Part shown: positions 8,522 to 17,203 of the stretch, piece after piece
How positions within the stretch are numbered: the stretch's first letter is position 1
Layout of the letters: each line of letters begins with the position of its first letter
Origin: a virus
DNA length: 64,000 nt
Strand: one strand, 5' to 3'
Virus record (IMG/VR): IMGVR_UViG_3300048582_000136
Location: 1-64,000 of that record
The notes under the pieces: model-generated
Seen by the model: the letters and a program-made list of their open reading frames with translations, nothing else
Databases searched by the model: none
What the model was told of the DNA's origin: nothing
Translations under genes and position numbers: made by a program

Positions 8522-9483
8522 CCAAGATCTACACCCATCCCGACCAGCCCCAGATGCAGGTCGAGGTCATCCTCGCCTCTCAGGGAACCAATGGTGCTCC
8601 CCCGATCTACACCCTGCGTCTGCGCTACCCTCGCATCATCCACGGCGAGATCATGACCCACCGGGTCTTCTCCCGCAACGCTCGCAGCTCTCGAGCTGTA
8701 CCGGTCAAGACCATGCTGAACGAGGTTCTCACTGTTCCCTTCGTGCCCTGGCACTGGGGCAAGAACCAGAGCGGTATGCAGGCAGCAGAAGAGTGTAACG
8801 AATTGGTCAACCCGATGCCCATGATGAGGGCAGCCGTCTACGACGCCTATGAGCTGCCTTATAATCTGACGCGAAAACAGGCTTGGCTTCACGCTCGCAA
8901 CCATGCTGTGGCAACTGCCGAAGCTCTCATGGAAGCTGGCTACCACAAGCAGATCCCAAACCGATTATTGGAGCCCTTCTCCTGGATCGACACTCTGATC
9001 ACCTCGACCAACTGGGCAAACTTCCTGCACCTGCGTGACCACAAGGATGCAGAACCTCACCTGCAGGATCTGGCTCGACTGGTGAAGCAGGCTCTCAAAG
9101 AGGCTGTGATCCAAAACTTGGATGAAGATCAGTGGCACTGGCCCTACATCACCGCTGCAGATGTCTATCATGGCAAAGACATCTGTCTCACCAAGGATGA
9201 GTTCGATCTTCTGATGTGCCAACTCTCAGCTGCTCGTTGCGCTCGTATCTCCTACAAGCCCTTCGACGGGGATGCCTCCTATGAGCGAGAGCTGGAACGC
9301 TACAACCAGCTCGTGACCTCTGAGCGTGTCCATGCCTCCCCCTTGGAGCATCAGGCTCAGGTGGATACATCTTGGGACGATGAAGTTAGAAATGAAGGTG
9401 GGTGGGAGCATCCACATCTCTCCGGTAACTTCGCCCCTGGATGGATCCAATTTAGAAAGCTCATCCCCGGTGAGGCTGTATAG
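8518..9483 (+). CDS. thyX: flavin-dependent thymidylate synthase
   Basis: THRVFSRNARSSRA ThyX motif, HKQ.PNRLLEPF, SAARCARISY, HASPLEH. Confidence 0.9.
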   Translation: MTKIYTHPDQPQMQVEVILASQGTNGAPPIYTLRLRYPRIIHGEIMTHRVFSRNARSSRAVPVKTMLNEVLTVPFVPWHWGKNQSGMQAAEECNELVNPMPMMRAAVYDAYELPYNLTRKQAWLHARNHAVATAEALMEAGYHKQIPNRLLEPFSWIDTLITSTNWANFLHLRDHKDAEPHLQDLARLVKQALKEAVIQNLDEDQWHWPYITAADVYHGKDICLTKDEFDLLMCQLSAARCARISYKPFDGDASYERELERYNQLVTSERVHASPLEHQAQVDTSWDDEVRNEGGWEHPHLSGNFAPGWIQFRKLIPGEAV

Positions 9484-9518
9484 CCTCACCAACCCAATCC
9501 CTCACACCGAGAGTCACC

Positions 9519-9842
9519 ATGCTTCCCACCGTCACCGACGCCAGTTTTGGCGCGCAAGTCCTTCATGCCGAGCTCCCCGTTCTGGTCAAATTCACCGCTT
9601 CATGGTGCCAGCCCTGCAAGACCATGACCGATATCCTTCGGGACTTCATTCCCGAAATGGGCAACCATGTCCGCTTCGTTGAAGTCGACATAGAGGCCAA
9701 TCCCGAGCTCTCGAACCTCTACCAGGTCCGCAGCCTGCCGACCCTGGTGCTCTTCAAGAAGGGTGCTCCGATCGCCAACATCACCGGCCTCTCTCCGAAG
9801 CCGAAGATCCGTTCCTGGATCATCAACCAGCTGGGACTCTGA
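9519..9842 (+). CDS. trxA: thioredoxin
   Basis: F.ASWCQPCK, VRSLPTL; 107 aa. Confidence 0.92.
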   Translation: MLPTVTDASFGAQVLHAELPVLVKFTASWCQPCKTMTDILRDFIPEMGNHVRFVEVDIEANPELSNLYQVRSLPTLVLFKKGAPIANITGLSPKPKIRSWIINQLGL

Positions 9843-9843
9843 C

Positions 9844-10308
9844 ATGGGACTCCACCATCACCCCGAGGTTGGCGTTTACGTCAACATGATCCTCCTTCCC
9901 GGAGCCAAGGAGCCTGTCTACTCCACGGCTGGAGCAGCTGGAGCGGATCTCCATGCCTTCCTGCTCGATGGTCCCCTGGTCCTCGTCAGGGGCGCCAGAT
10001 ACCTGGTTCGCACCGGGATCAAGCTGGAGCTTCCCCCCGGTTACGAGGCGCAGATCCGCTCTCGCTCGGGCCTGGCATCCAACCACGGCATCCACGTATT
10101 CAATGGTCCTGGCACCATTGACGAGGACTTCCGCGGAGAAGTGCAGGTGCTCCTTCGCAACAGCTCCGGCAAGGACTACACGATCAAGAACGGGGACCGC
10201 ATTGCCCAGATGGTCATTGCCCCCGTCGTCAGAGGCCTTTTCCGGAACGTGACTCATCTCGTGCCCACCGATCGTGGCGCCGGGGGTTTTGGTTCTTCTG
10301 GGGTTTAA
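9844..10308 (+). CDS. dut: trimeric dUTPase
   Basis: AGADL, RSRSGLA, GTIDEDFRGE, GDRIAQ, RGAGGFGSSG; start 9844 or 9886. Confidence 0.93.
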   Translation: MGLHHHPEVGVYVNMILLPGAKEPVYSTAGAAGADLHAFLLDGPLVLVRGARYLVRTGIKLELPPGYEAQIRSRSGLASNHGIHVFNGPGTIDEDFRGEVQVLLRNSSGKDYTIKNGDRIAQMVIAPVVRGLFRNVTHLVPTDRGAGGFGSSGV

Positions 10309-10339
10309 CTCCCCTCCCATCTTCCACAGGAACAGCAAC

Positions 10340-10591
10340 ATGTCGCACTTCTTCAACCCTCTTGAGGGAACGGTCCTTCTACGCTCGAAGGGCCTCTACC
10401 AAGAAGCCAAGCTCTTCGAAAGTAAAGGGGTTCTCTATGCCCAGTTCGGCAAGGGCTTCTTGAAGCTCCTGAGCCACGAGCGCACCAGCATGGGCGCAGT
10501 CAACTGGACCGGCATCTCTGGAAACCTTCTGGTCTCCGAAGATCAAGGCTTCGTTCGCATGCTTTCCATCACCACACCCAAGGCCGCCTGA
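10340..10591 (+). CDS. hypothetical protein
   Basis: AGGA RBS; phage-like codon usage. Confidence 0.65.
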   Translation: MSHFFNPLEGTVLLRSKGLYQEAKLFESKGVLYAQFGKGFLKLLSHERTSMGAVNWTGISGNLLVSEDQGFVRMLSITTPKAA

Positions 10592-10593
10592 AA

Positions 10594-10848
10594 ATGCATG
10601 ATGAGAATACCAGTCCGGTGGCAAACGCTCTGCGAAAAGCGGGCTATGTCCCGCTTCCACGCCTCTGGATCAAGGCCGAAGACATGCCCAAGATCCACAA
10701 AATCGCCCACCAGCATCTCCCCGGTGTGCGAGACATCCGCAAAGCTTTCAACGACGACCAGTCGGCCTACAAAGACCAGCCGGCTCCTGATCCCATCTCG
10801 GATCGGGAAGCTGCCTGGGCGGCCTACGAGAAGATGCGAGGAGGGTGA
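10594..10848 (+). CDS. hypothetical protein
   Basis: 84-aa ORF in a tightly packed run. Confidence 0.6.
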   Translation: MHDENTSPVANALRKAGYVPLPRLWIKAEDMPKIHKIAHQHLPGVRDIRKAFNDDQSAYKDQPAPDPISDREAAWAAYEKMRGG

Positions 10849-10851
10849 GCC

Positions 10852-11325
10852 ATGGGTCACATCCCGAAGCTCTTGACTTTCGAGAAAGCAGCTGAAAACC
10901 CAAACCCCACGGAGGATGTGATGGGCGACCGCACCTACTGCAGTCTCTATTGCTACCGAGATACCCCCCTCACCGAAGAGGAAAGCGCCCGGCTTACCAA
11001 AGCTCTCAAAAACGAGCTCCCCTCGGAGATCGAAGACAACTTCGCCGGTTTCCACGAAATCAACTACGGCGAGATGCCTTCTGATATCGGGACGCCTCTC
11101 GAAGAGATGGGTATCTCCTTCTCGTGGTATCATGGCAACGGCGATAGCTACAATTCCGGAGTCTACATCTTCGATGCTCTGACCCAGGAAAGTGACAGCT
11201 TCAACACCATCGACTCGCAAATCGTCATCACTGTCGACTGCACCCCAGAAGAGCTCGAGCATGCTCGTTCCTGGTATCGTCGGTTCGAAGGCCGCACTCC
11301 CCTTGTGCTTCCGAAGCTGGACTGA
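10852..11325 (+). CDS. acidic hypothetical protein
   Basis: GAGG RBS; 157 aa. Confidence 0.65.
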   Translation: MGHIPKLLTFEKAAENPNPTEDVMGDRTYCSLYCYRDTPLTEEESARLTKALKNELPSEIEDNFAGFHEINYGEMPSDIGTPLEEMGISFSWYHGNGDSYNSGVYIFDALTQESDSFNTIDSQIVITVDCTPEELEHARSWYRRFEGRTPLVLPKLD

Positions 11326-11327
11326 CC

Positions 11328-11618
11328 ATGTCGATCGATCCCGCCAAGCACACTTTCACCCCCGATCAGATAGATCTGGCAGAAGTCTTCATCGATGTGT
11401 TCCCGATGATCCGTGAACCTTCGGGAGACTCCCGTATGGTCCAGGGCCTCGAAGAGCCTGCCTTCTACGACGTCATGCTTCGGCCGCACGACTGGGACAT
11501 CACTCAGAACGAGCCCTACGGCGAGTGGGAAAACCTCACCCTGGGACAGGCCAACACCATCGTGGAAGCTCTCGAAGCATTGAACCCAGGCATCGAAGTG
11601 AACTGGGTAGAAAGCTAA
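11328..11618 (+). CDS. acidic hypothetical protein
   Basis: 96-aa ORF starting 3 bp after the previous stop. Confidence 0.65.
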   Translation: MSIDPAKHTFTPDQIDLAEVFIDVFPMIREPSGDSRMVQGLEEPAFYDVMLRPHDWDITQNEPYGEWENLTLGQANTIVEALEALNPGIEVNWVES

Positions 11619-11698
11619 GATTCGGCATCCAATCAGCACCGAAGCGGAACCGGAACCGGTTCCGCATCACACCTACACCAACTAAGTCATTGATTTTG

Positions 11699-11746
11699 TG
11701 GCGCACCCGACAGGATTCGAACCTGTGACCCCTGCCTTTCGAGGAA
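11699..11746 (-). other. 3' half of a tRNA (tRNA-Arg(CCG)-like); att-core-like sequence
   Basis: Minus strand GGCAG-GGGTC-ACAGG-TTCGAAT-CCTGT-CGGGTGC-G-CCA gives a perfect T arm, the acceptor 3' strand and CCA; no D arm or 5' acceptor strand upstream. Confidence 0.85.
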
Positions 11747-11899
11747 GTAATCAAAGCCGTCCGCGGCCATGCCAAACGAGGCAAGGCGCCGGCCCTCTAC
11801 CGCAACCCCGACAACCCGCGCCAGACCTGGTCTGGCAAAGGAGAGGCACCTACCTGGTTCACCAAAGCCAAGAACCCGGAAGAGCTTCGGATCGACTGA
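11729..11899 (+). pseudogene. 5'-truncated H-NS-family gene (C-terminal DNA-binding domain)
   Basis: Frame reads PLPFEEVIKAVRGHAKRGKAPALYRNPDNPRQTWSGKGEAPTWFTKAKNPEELRID*; YRNP.NP.QTW.G.G..P.W is the H-NS signature; in-frame TGA at 11726, no ATG. Confidence 0.8.
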
Positions 11900-11930
11900 T
11901 TCGATCCACACAAACCCCAGCACTACATCA

Positions 11931-11957
11931 GCCTCGGTTTTCCGGGGCTTTTTCTTT
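11931..11957 (+). terminator. rho-independent terminator after the H-NS fragment
   Basis: GCCTCGG-TTTT-CCGGGGC followed by TTTTTCTTT. Confidence 0.7.
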
Positions 11958-12074
11958 GTCTGGTGGTTTCAGATCGACTAGATATTCTCGATCTATCAGC
12001 ACGAAAAAAGTGCTGGATTTCCCCGATCACAGACTGTTATCTGGCCGATGAAGAGCCAGAACTGAGGAAGAGCA

Positions 12075-12281
12075 ATGCCTGCTGACTTCGCTGATGAAGC
12101 ACAAGAGATCAACGAGACCTTCCTGGAACTCTCGCTCAAAAAAGTTCCCCGAACGGCCCCACCCTTGTCTGGTTTTTGCCTCCACTGCGAAGAACCGGTC
12201 ACCCAACGCCGCTACTGCGACAGCACCTGCCGTGAAGGTCATGAGGCCTCTCAACGTCACACTGCTCGTTTCGCCCCATAA
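12075..12281 (+). CDS. DksA/TraR-like C4 zinc-finger protein
   Basis: N-terminal D.ADEAQE plus CLHC...RRYCDSTC. Confidence 0.7.
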   Translation: MPADFADEAQEINETFLELSLKKVPRTAPPLSGFCLHCEEPVTQRRYCDSTCREGHEASQRHTARFAP

Positions 12282-12295
12282 TTTGAAGGCCCCCC

Positions 12296-13594
12296 ATGCT
12301 CCTGAACCAAGGTCAAGAGGCAGCCGCTACGGCTGTCTTGCAGTTTCTCCTATCCAACGAAAAGGAATTCAACATCTCCGGTCCTGCCGGGGTGGGCAAG
12401 ACTTTCATGATGCAACACATCATGTCCACGGTTCTGCAATCTTACCAGGATGCCTGCACCCTGCTCGATCGGCCCGCCGTCGACTACCAGATCGCTCTCA
12501 CCGCCACCACCAACAAGGCGGCTGAAGTTCTCTCAGTATCCACCGGCTTTCCGGCTCAAACCATTCACAGCTTCCTCAAGCTGAAGGTCTACGACGACTA
12601 CAAGACTGGCCAGTCTAAGTGTGAACCTACCAAGGACTTTGGTGTTCACACTCGCAAGCTGATCTTCGTCGACGAAGCATCCATGGTGGACCGAGTCCTT
12701 CACGGCTACCTTCACAAAGGCACGGACTCCAGCTGCAAGATCATCTACCTCGGTGATCACTGTCAGCTGGCTCCAGTGATGGAAGACCTCTCCCTGGTCT
12801 ACAAGCAACCCAAACCCATCGCTCATCTCACCGAGCCAATGCGGAACGCTGGTCAGCCGGCCCTGGTCGACCTCTGCAGCCGTCTCCGCAATGTCGTCGA
12901 AACCGGTGTCTTCTTTCAACTGGATCAGGTTCCCGGAGTCGTCGAATACCTGACCCAGGAGCAAGCCGCTGCCTTCGTGGACAGCACCTTCCGGGTCGAA
13001 GATCCCAACAGCCGGATCCTCTGCTACACGAACAATAGGGTGAAAGAATACAACACCTACATCCGGCAGCTCAGAGGCCACCCCGACCACTTCTCCGTCG
13101 GAGAAATTCTCATCAACAACAGCGGTCTCGCTATCGGCAAGACCTTCCTGCGCGTGGAACAGGAGCTCGTCGTCCAGAGTGTCGACACCACCATCCACAG
13201 TGTCACAATCGACGAAGACGATTCCAATACCGTTCTCCATGTCTACACTATCGTGGCCGGCAACACCGCAGGCAGTCTCGGCATCACCCTTCATGTGCCA
13301 GCCGATCCTGACCACTTCAAAGAGCTGATGAAGCACTACGCCAGGCAGAAGAACTGGTCGCCTTACTACAAGCTCAAGAACAACTACCCAGACCTTCGGC
13401 CTCGGGATGCGGCCACTGTCTACAAGGCCCAGGGCAGCACCTATGACTCGGTGCTCCTGGATCTCACTGATATCGGCAAGTGCACCCAGAACGACCAGCT
13501 CGCCCGGATGCTCTACGTCGCCGTCTCCAGAGCCCGATCCAAGGTCTACCTCTATGGCTCTCTGCCTGCTCGGCTCTTTGCCAAGGCAGCCTGA
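12296..13594 (+). CDS. SF1 DNA helicase (Dda/RecD-like; N4 gp37-like)
   Basis: GPAGVGKT, TNKAA, VDEASM, GDHCQL, TVYKAQGST, YVAVSRA. Confidence 0.93.
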   Translation: MLLNQGQEAAATAVLQFLLSNEKEFNISGPAGVGKTFMMQHIMSTVLQSYQDACTLLDRPAVDYQIALTATTNKAAEVLSVSTGFPAQTIHSFLKLKVYDDYKTGQSKCEPTKDFGVHTRKLIFVDEASMVDRVLHGYLHKGTDSSCKIIYLGDHCQLAPVMEDLSLVYKQPKPIAHLTEPMRNAGQPALVDLCSRLRNVVETGVFFQLDQVPGVVEYLTQEQAAAFVDSTFRVEDPNSRILCYTNNRVKEYNTYIRQLRGHPDHFSVGEILINNSGLAIGKTFLRVEQELVVQSVDTTIHSVTIDEDDSNTVLHVYTIVAGNTAGSLGITLHVPADPDHFKELMKHYARQKNWSPYYKLKNNYPDLRPRDAATVYKAQGSTYDSVLLDLTDIGKCTQNDQLARMLYVAVSRARSKVYLYGSLPARLFAKAA

Positions 13595-13617
13595 CCTTTC
13601 ATCAAAGGAACGCCCCC

Positions 13618-14157
13618 ATGTTCAACAGCACACCCTATCGTCCACGCCCTCGTGTGGACCCAAACCCCAACCAGGGTTTCGTCGAACACATCGCCAACCA
13701 GTTTCTTCGGGAAGTCTCCGAGGCGACAGAAGAAAAAGGCAGGAACCTAATCTCTCTCAATGACCAGCTCGGTGGTAGCCCCAAAGGCTACACCTACGCT
13801 GGACTGTCTTTCCTGAGCGATCCCACCCTCCTTGACGACAAGACTCTCTACCTGGATCCAATCCACCCGTCTCTCGAGAAAGACGCCGAAGCTTTCCATC
13901 TGCGCGCCAGCCGTCTGCAAGGCATGCGGACCAAGCTGACTCAGGCTCTCGCAACCATTCTCCAGCGTTGCAACGGCGATGTTCAAACCTTCCGGGATGC
14001 TCTCCCGGATGAACTCGTGAACCTCACACAGCTGGAGTCCTACCCCCGCAATCGGCAGCCCGGCTTTCTCCTGAAAGCCCAGCCGATGCTCGCTGCGACC
14101 TACCGGTCGATCGACGACGCAATCCACTACCACAACCGCTACAGGCTCCTTGACTGA
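13618..14157 (+). CDS. conserved N4-like hypothetical protein (gp38 position)
   Basis: AAGGA RBS; lies between helicase and polymerase as in N4. Confidence 0.7.
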   Translation: MFNSTPYRPRPRVDPNPNQGFVEHIANQFLREVSEATEEKGRNLISLNDQLGGSPKGYTYAGLSFLSDPTLLDDKTLYLDPIHPSLEKDAEAFHLRASRLQGMRTKLTQALATILQRCNGDVQTFRDALPDELVNLTQLESYPRNRQPGFLLKAQPMLAATYRSIDDAIHYHNRYRLLD

Positions 14158-14169
14158 AAGGTCTCTGTC

Positions 14170-16824
14170 TTGAAATACCTGACGTTCAGCGACCCGGAAC
14201 AGACCACCTACGAGATCTGCTTCCTGGTTCCCCAACTCAACCGGGCAGAAATCCTGCGCCACTATGTCGATCCCTACTTCGGTGGAGAGAAAGACAAGAT
14301 CCTTGCCTACGACCTCTTCAAGGAAGGCAAGAAGACCCTGGTGGCCAGGCAAAAGGAATACCTCGAAGACCTTCTGCCGGTCCTCATGGATCTCCAGGTC
14401 AAGTATCTGGTGGTCGCTGACGCCGAATACTTCAAGACCCTGACCAAGACCTCATCGGCCGACAAGGAACTCGGCTACGTTCATGAGTGTGTGGTGGGAG
14501 ACTTCAAAGTCATCTACTGCCCCAACTTCAGATCGGTTTTCTACAACCCGGACAAGGTCAAGGCAGAGATCCGGGTCGCCCTCTCGGCAGTCCAGAACCA
14601 CCGCACCGGCTCCTACGATGCCCCTGGTCTCGGGATCATCAAGTTCGCCGCCTATCCGGACACGGCCGAAGACATCAAGGCCTGGCTCGACAAGCTCATC
14701 GAGATGGACTGCGATCTCACCGCGGACATCGAGGGCTTCGGCCTGAAGCACTACGAGGCCGGGATCGGCACCATCAGCTTCGCCTGGAGCCAACACGAAG
14801 GCATTGCCTTCCCAGTGGATCTCCACCCCCATTCCCATCTCATCCGCAAGCACCTGAAGGACTTCTTCCTGCGCCACAAACGCAGCATGAAATGGCAAAA
14901 GATCAACTACGACGTCTACGTCCTGATCTACCAGCTCTTCATGAAGGACCTTCTGGACACTGAAGGCCTTCTCACCGGCCTCGAGGTGATGCTGCGGAAC
15001 TGGGACTGCACCCGTCTGATCACCTATCTGGCGACCAACTCCTGCTCGGGGAACCAACTGGGTCTAAAGCAACAGGCCCAGGAGTTTGCCGGCAACTGGG
15101 CGGTCGAGAAGATCACCGACATCCGGAAGATCCCTCTCCCGGACCTCCTTCAATACAATCTCGTGGACAGCCTTTCGACCTGGTATGTCTTCAACAAGCA
15201 CTACCCCACGGTGATCAAAGACGAGCAGCTCGAGATCTACGAGACGCTCTTCAAGCCGGCCATGGTCGACATCATCCAGATGCAGCTCACTGGCATGCCC
15301 CTCAACCGGGAGCGTGTCATCGAGGTCAATACCATCCTGCAGGATATCGCAGACGGGGCTGTCCGAGAGATGCAGTCCAGCGTCTGGATCCAGCGCTTCG
15401 AGGAAATGCGCCGCATCGAGTGGCGCGACAAGAAGCACCTCGAGTGGAAGAAGAAGCGGATCGAGCTCCACGAGGTTCCGGTCTGCAAAGACACGACCTT
15501 CAACCCCAACTCAAACCCCCAGCTCCAGCGGTTGCTCTATGACCCACAGTTCTTCGGACTGCCGGTCCTGGATCTCACCGACTCCAAGCTGCCTTCGACC
15601 GGTGGGGACACTCTCAAAAAGCTCGTGAACCACACCGACGACCCGGAGATCAAGGCCGTTCTTCTGGCTCTGATCGAATATGCCGCGGTCGAAATCATCC
15701 TGACCAACTTCATGCCGTCCTTCCTGGCGGCACCAGAAGGTCCTGATGGTTGGCATTGGCTCTTTGGCTTCTTCAACCTTGGGGGCACTCTCTCCGGCCG
15801 CCTGTCTTCATCGGAGCCCAACCTTCAGAACATCCCCGCCAACGTCGCCATGAAGCTCTCCGAAGCGCTCCTGGCCAAGTATGGGGAGATCCTGAAGGAC
15901 TACCTGGACAAGGGGAAACTGGTCCTGGGCAAGCTCATCAAGAGCTGCTTCGAAGCCCCTCCTGGCTGGTTGTTCTGTGGTCTGGATTTCGCGTCCCTAG
16001 AGGACCGGATTTCCGCTCTGACCACAAAGGATCCCAACAAGCTGAAGGTCTACACCGACGGCTATGATGGCCACTCCTTGCGGGCTTATGCCTACTTCTC
16101 GGAGCACATGCCCGACATCGATCCCACATCGGTGGAGAGCATCAACTCGATCGAGAAGAAGTATAAGCCTTTCCGCCAGGACTCCAAGGCACCCACTTTC
16201 GCGCTGACTTATCAGGGCACATATATGACCCTGATGAACAACTGCGGTTTCACCGAAGAACTCGCGAAACTGATTGAAAAGCGCTATCATGAGATGTACG
16301 TCATCTCGGATAAGTGGGTTCAAGATCGCCTCGATCTTGCCGCGAAAACAGGGTATGTGACGGCCGCATTCGGCCTTAGAGTTCGCACACCTTTGCTGCA
16401 TCAGGTGATCCGGGGAACCAGCCGGACACCCTTTGAAGCTGAGGCCGAAGGAAGAACCGCGGGCAACGCTCTCGGGCAATCCTGGTGTCTCCTCAACAGT
16501 CGTGCCGGCTCCGAGTTCATGGGCCGAGTCCGCAAGGAGAAGCATCGCCTCAACATCCGCCCCTGTGCTCAAATCCACGATGCCGGTTACTTTCTGATCA
16601 GAGATGATCTCGCAGCCCTGGCATACACAAACGAGCACCTCGTCAAGGCCGTCCAGTGGCAGGAACATCCCGACATCCAGCACGACGAAGTCAAGCTGGG
16701 GGGTGAGCTGTCGATCTTCTATCCCACCTGGGCAGTCGAGATGAACGTCCCCAACGGAGCCAAGGAAGAGGATATCCAACTCCTCGCCCAGAAGCACGTC
16801 GAAAGATTTGGGTTGGCCGCCTGA
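14170..16824 (+). CDS. family A DNA polymerase (N4 gp39-like)
   Basis: Exonuclease DIEG and YNLVD; GRLSSSEPNLQN; motif A DFASLEDR; motif B RQDSKAPTFALTYQG; motif C QIHDA. Confidence 0.96.
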   Translation: MKYLTFSDPEQTTYEICFLVPQLNRAEILRHYVDPYFGGEKDKILAYDLFKEGKKTLVARQKEYLEDLLPVLMDLQVKYLVVADAEYFKTLTKTSSADKELGYVHECVVGDFKVIYCPNFRSVFYNPDKVKAEIRVALSAVQNHRTGSYDAPGLGIIKFAAYPDTAEDIKAWLDKLIEMDCDLTADIEGFGLKHYEAGIGTISFAWSQHEGIAFPVDLHPHSHLIRKHLKDFFLRHKRSMKWQKINYDVYVLIYQLFMKDLLDTEGLLTGLEVMLRNWDCTRLITYLATNSCSGNQLGLKQQAQEFAGNWAVEKITDIRKIPLPDLLQYNLVDSLSTWYVFNKHYPTVIKDEQLEIYETLFKPAMVDIIQMQLTGMPLNRERVIEVNTILQDIADGAVREMQSSVWIQRFEEMRRIEWRDKKHLEWKKKRIELHEVPVCKDTTFNPNSNPQLQRLLYDPQFFGLPVLDLTDSKLPSTGGDTLKKLVNHTDDPEIKAVLLALIEYAAVEIILTNFMPSFLAAPEGPDGWHWLFGFFNLGGTLSGRLSSSEPNLQNIPANVAMKLSEALLAKYGEILKDYLDKGKLVLGKLIKSCFEAPPGWLFCGLDFASLEDRISALTTKDPNKLKVYTDGYDGHSLRAYAYFSEHMPDIDPTSVESINSIEKKYKPFRQDSKAPTFALTYQGTYMTLMNNCGFTEELAKLIEKRYHEMYVISDKWVQDRLDLAAKTGYVTAAFGLRVRTPLLHQVIRGTSRTPFEAEAEGRTAGNALGQSWCLLNSRAGSEFMGRVRKEKHRLNIRPCAQIHDAGYFLIRDDLAALAYTNEHLVKAVQWQEHPDIQHDEVKLGGELSIFYPTWAVEMNVPNGAKEEDIQLLAQKHVERFGLAA

Positions 16825-16867
16825 CGGCCACCTACTCAACTTCCTCATACATCAAGGATTCCTACCA

Positions 16868-17164
16868 ATGTCGGCCAGCCGTCTGCACACCTATCTCACC
16901 ACCGCCACCCTGGTTTACGTCCGTGACGGCCAAACCAAGCAGCGGGACATGAACCAGATCGTCGCTGTCGAAGAGCGGCGGATCGACCTTCGCACGCTCG
17001 ATGCTGCGAAGAACACGCTCATCCAGCGCCTGAACCAAGAAATGGATGTGCCCCGCGAAGACGTAAAAGACTTCGTCTTCACCAACTTCTCATACCTCGG
17101 CCACATGTCGGAGCGCGAGTTTCAAGGCAAGACCGTGAAAGCAGCCGATCCCCTTCATTCGTGA
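16868..17164 (+). CDS. N4-like hypothetical protein
   Basis: AAGGA RBS; SYLGHMS..EF motif; follows the polymerase. Confidence 0.65.
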   Translation: MSASRLHTYLTTATLVYVRDGQTKQRDMNQIVAVEERRIDLRTLDAAKNTLIQRLNQEMDVPREDVKDFVFTNFSYLGHMSEREFQGKTVKAADPLHS

Positions 17165-17203
17165 AGGTGGGTTTTTTCGGTTCTTTGAACCAGCGAGGAC
17201 ATC

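Noticed and set aside
11690-11780. Complete phage tRNA gene
   Set aside because: Only the 3' half folds; there is no GCACCCG 5' acceptor strand or D arm upstream on the minus strand.
11698-12051. 117-aa ORF (MAHPTGFEPVT...) and overlapping ORFs as real genes
   Set aside because: The start is the antisense-tRNA translation artefact; the frame runs through a terminator; the recognisable H-NS signal is in another frame.
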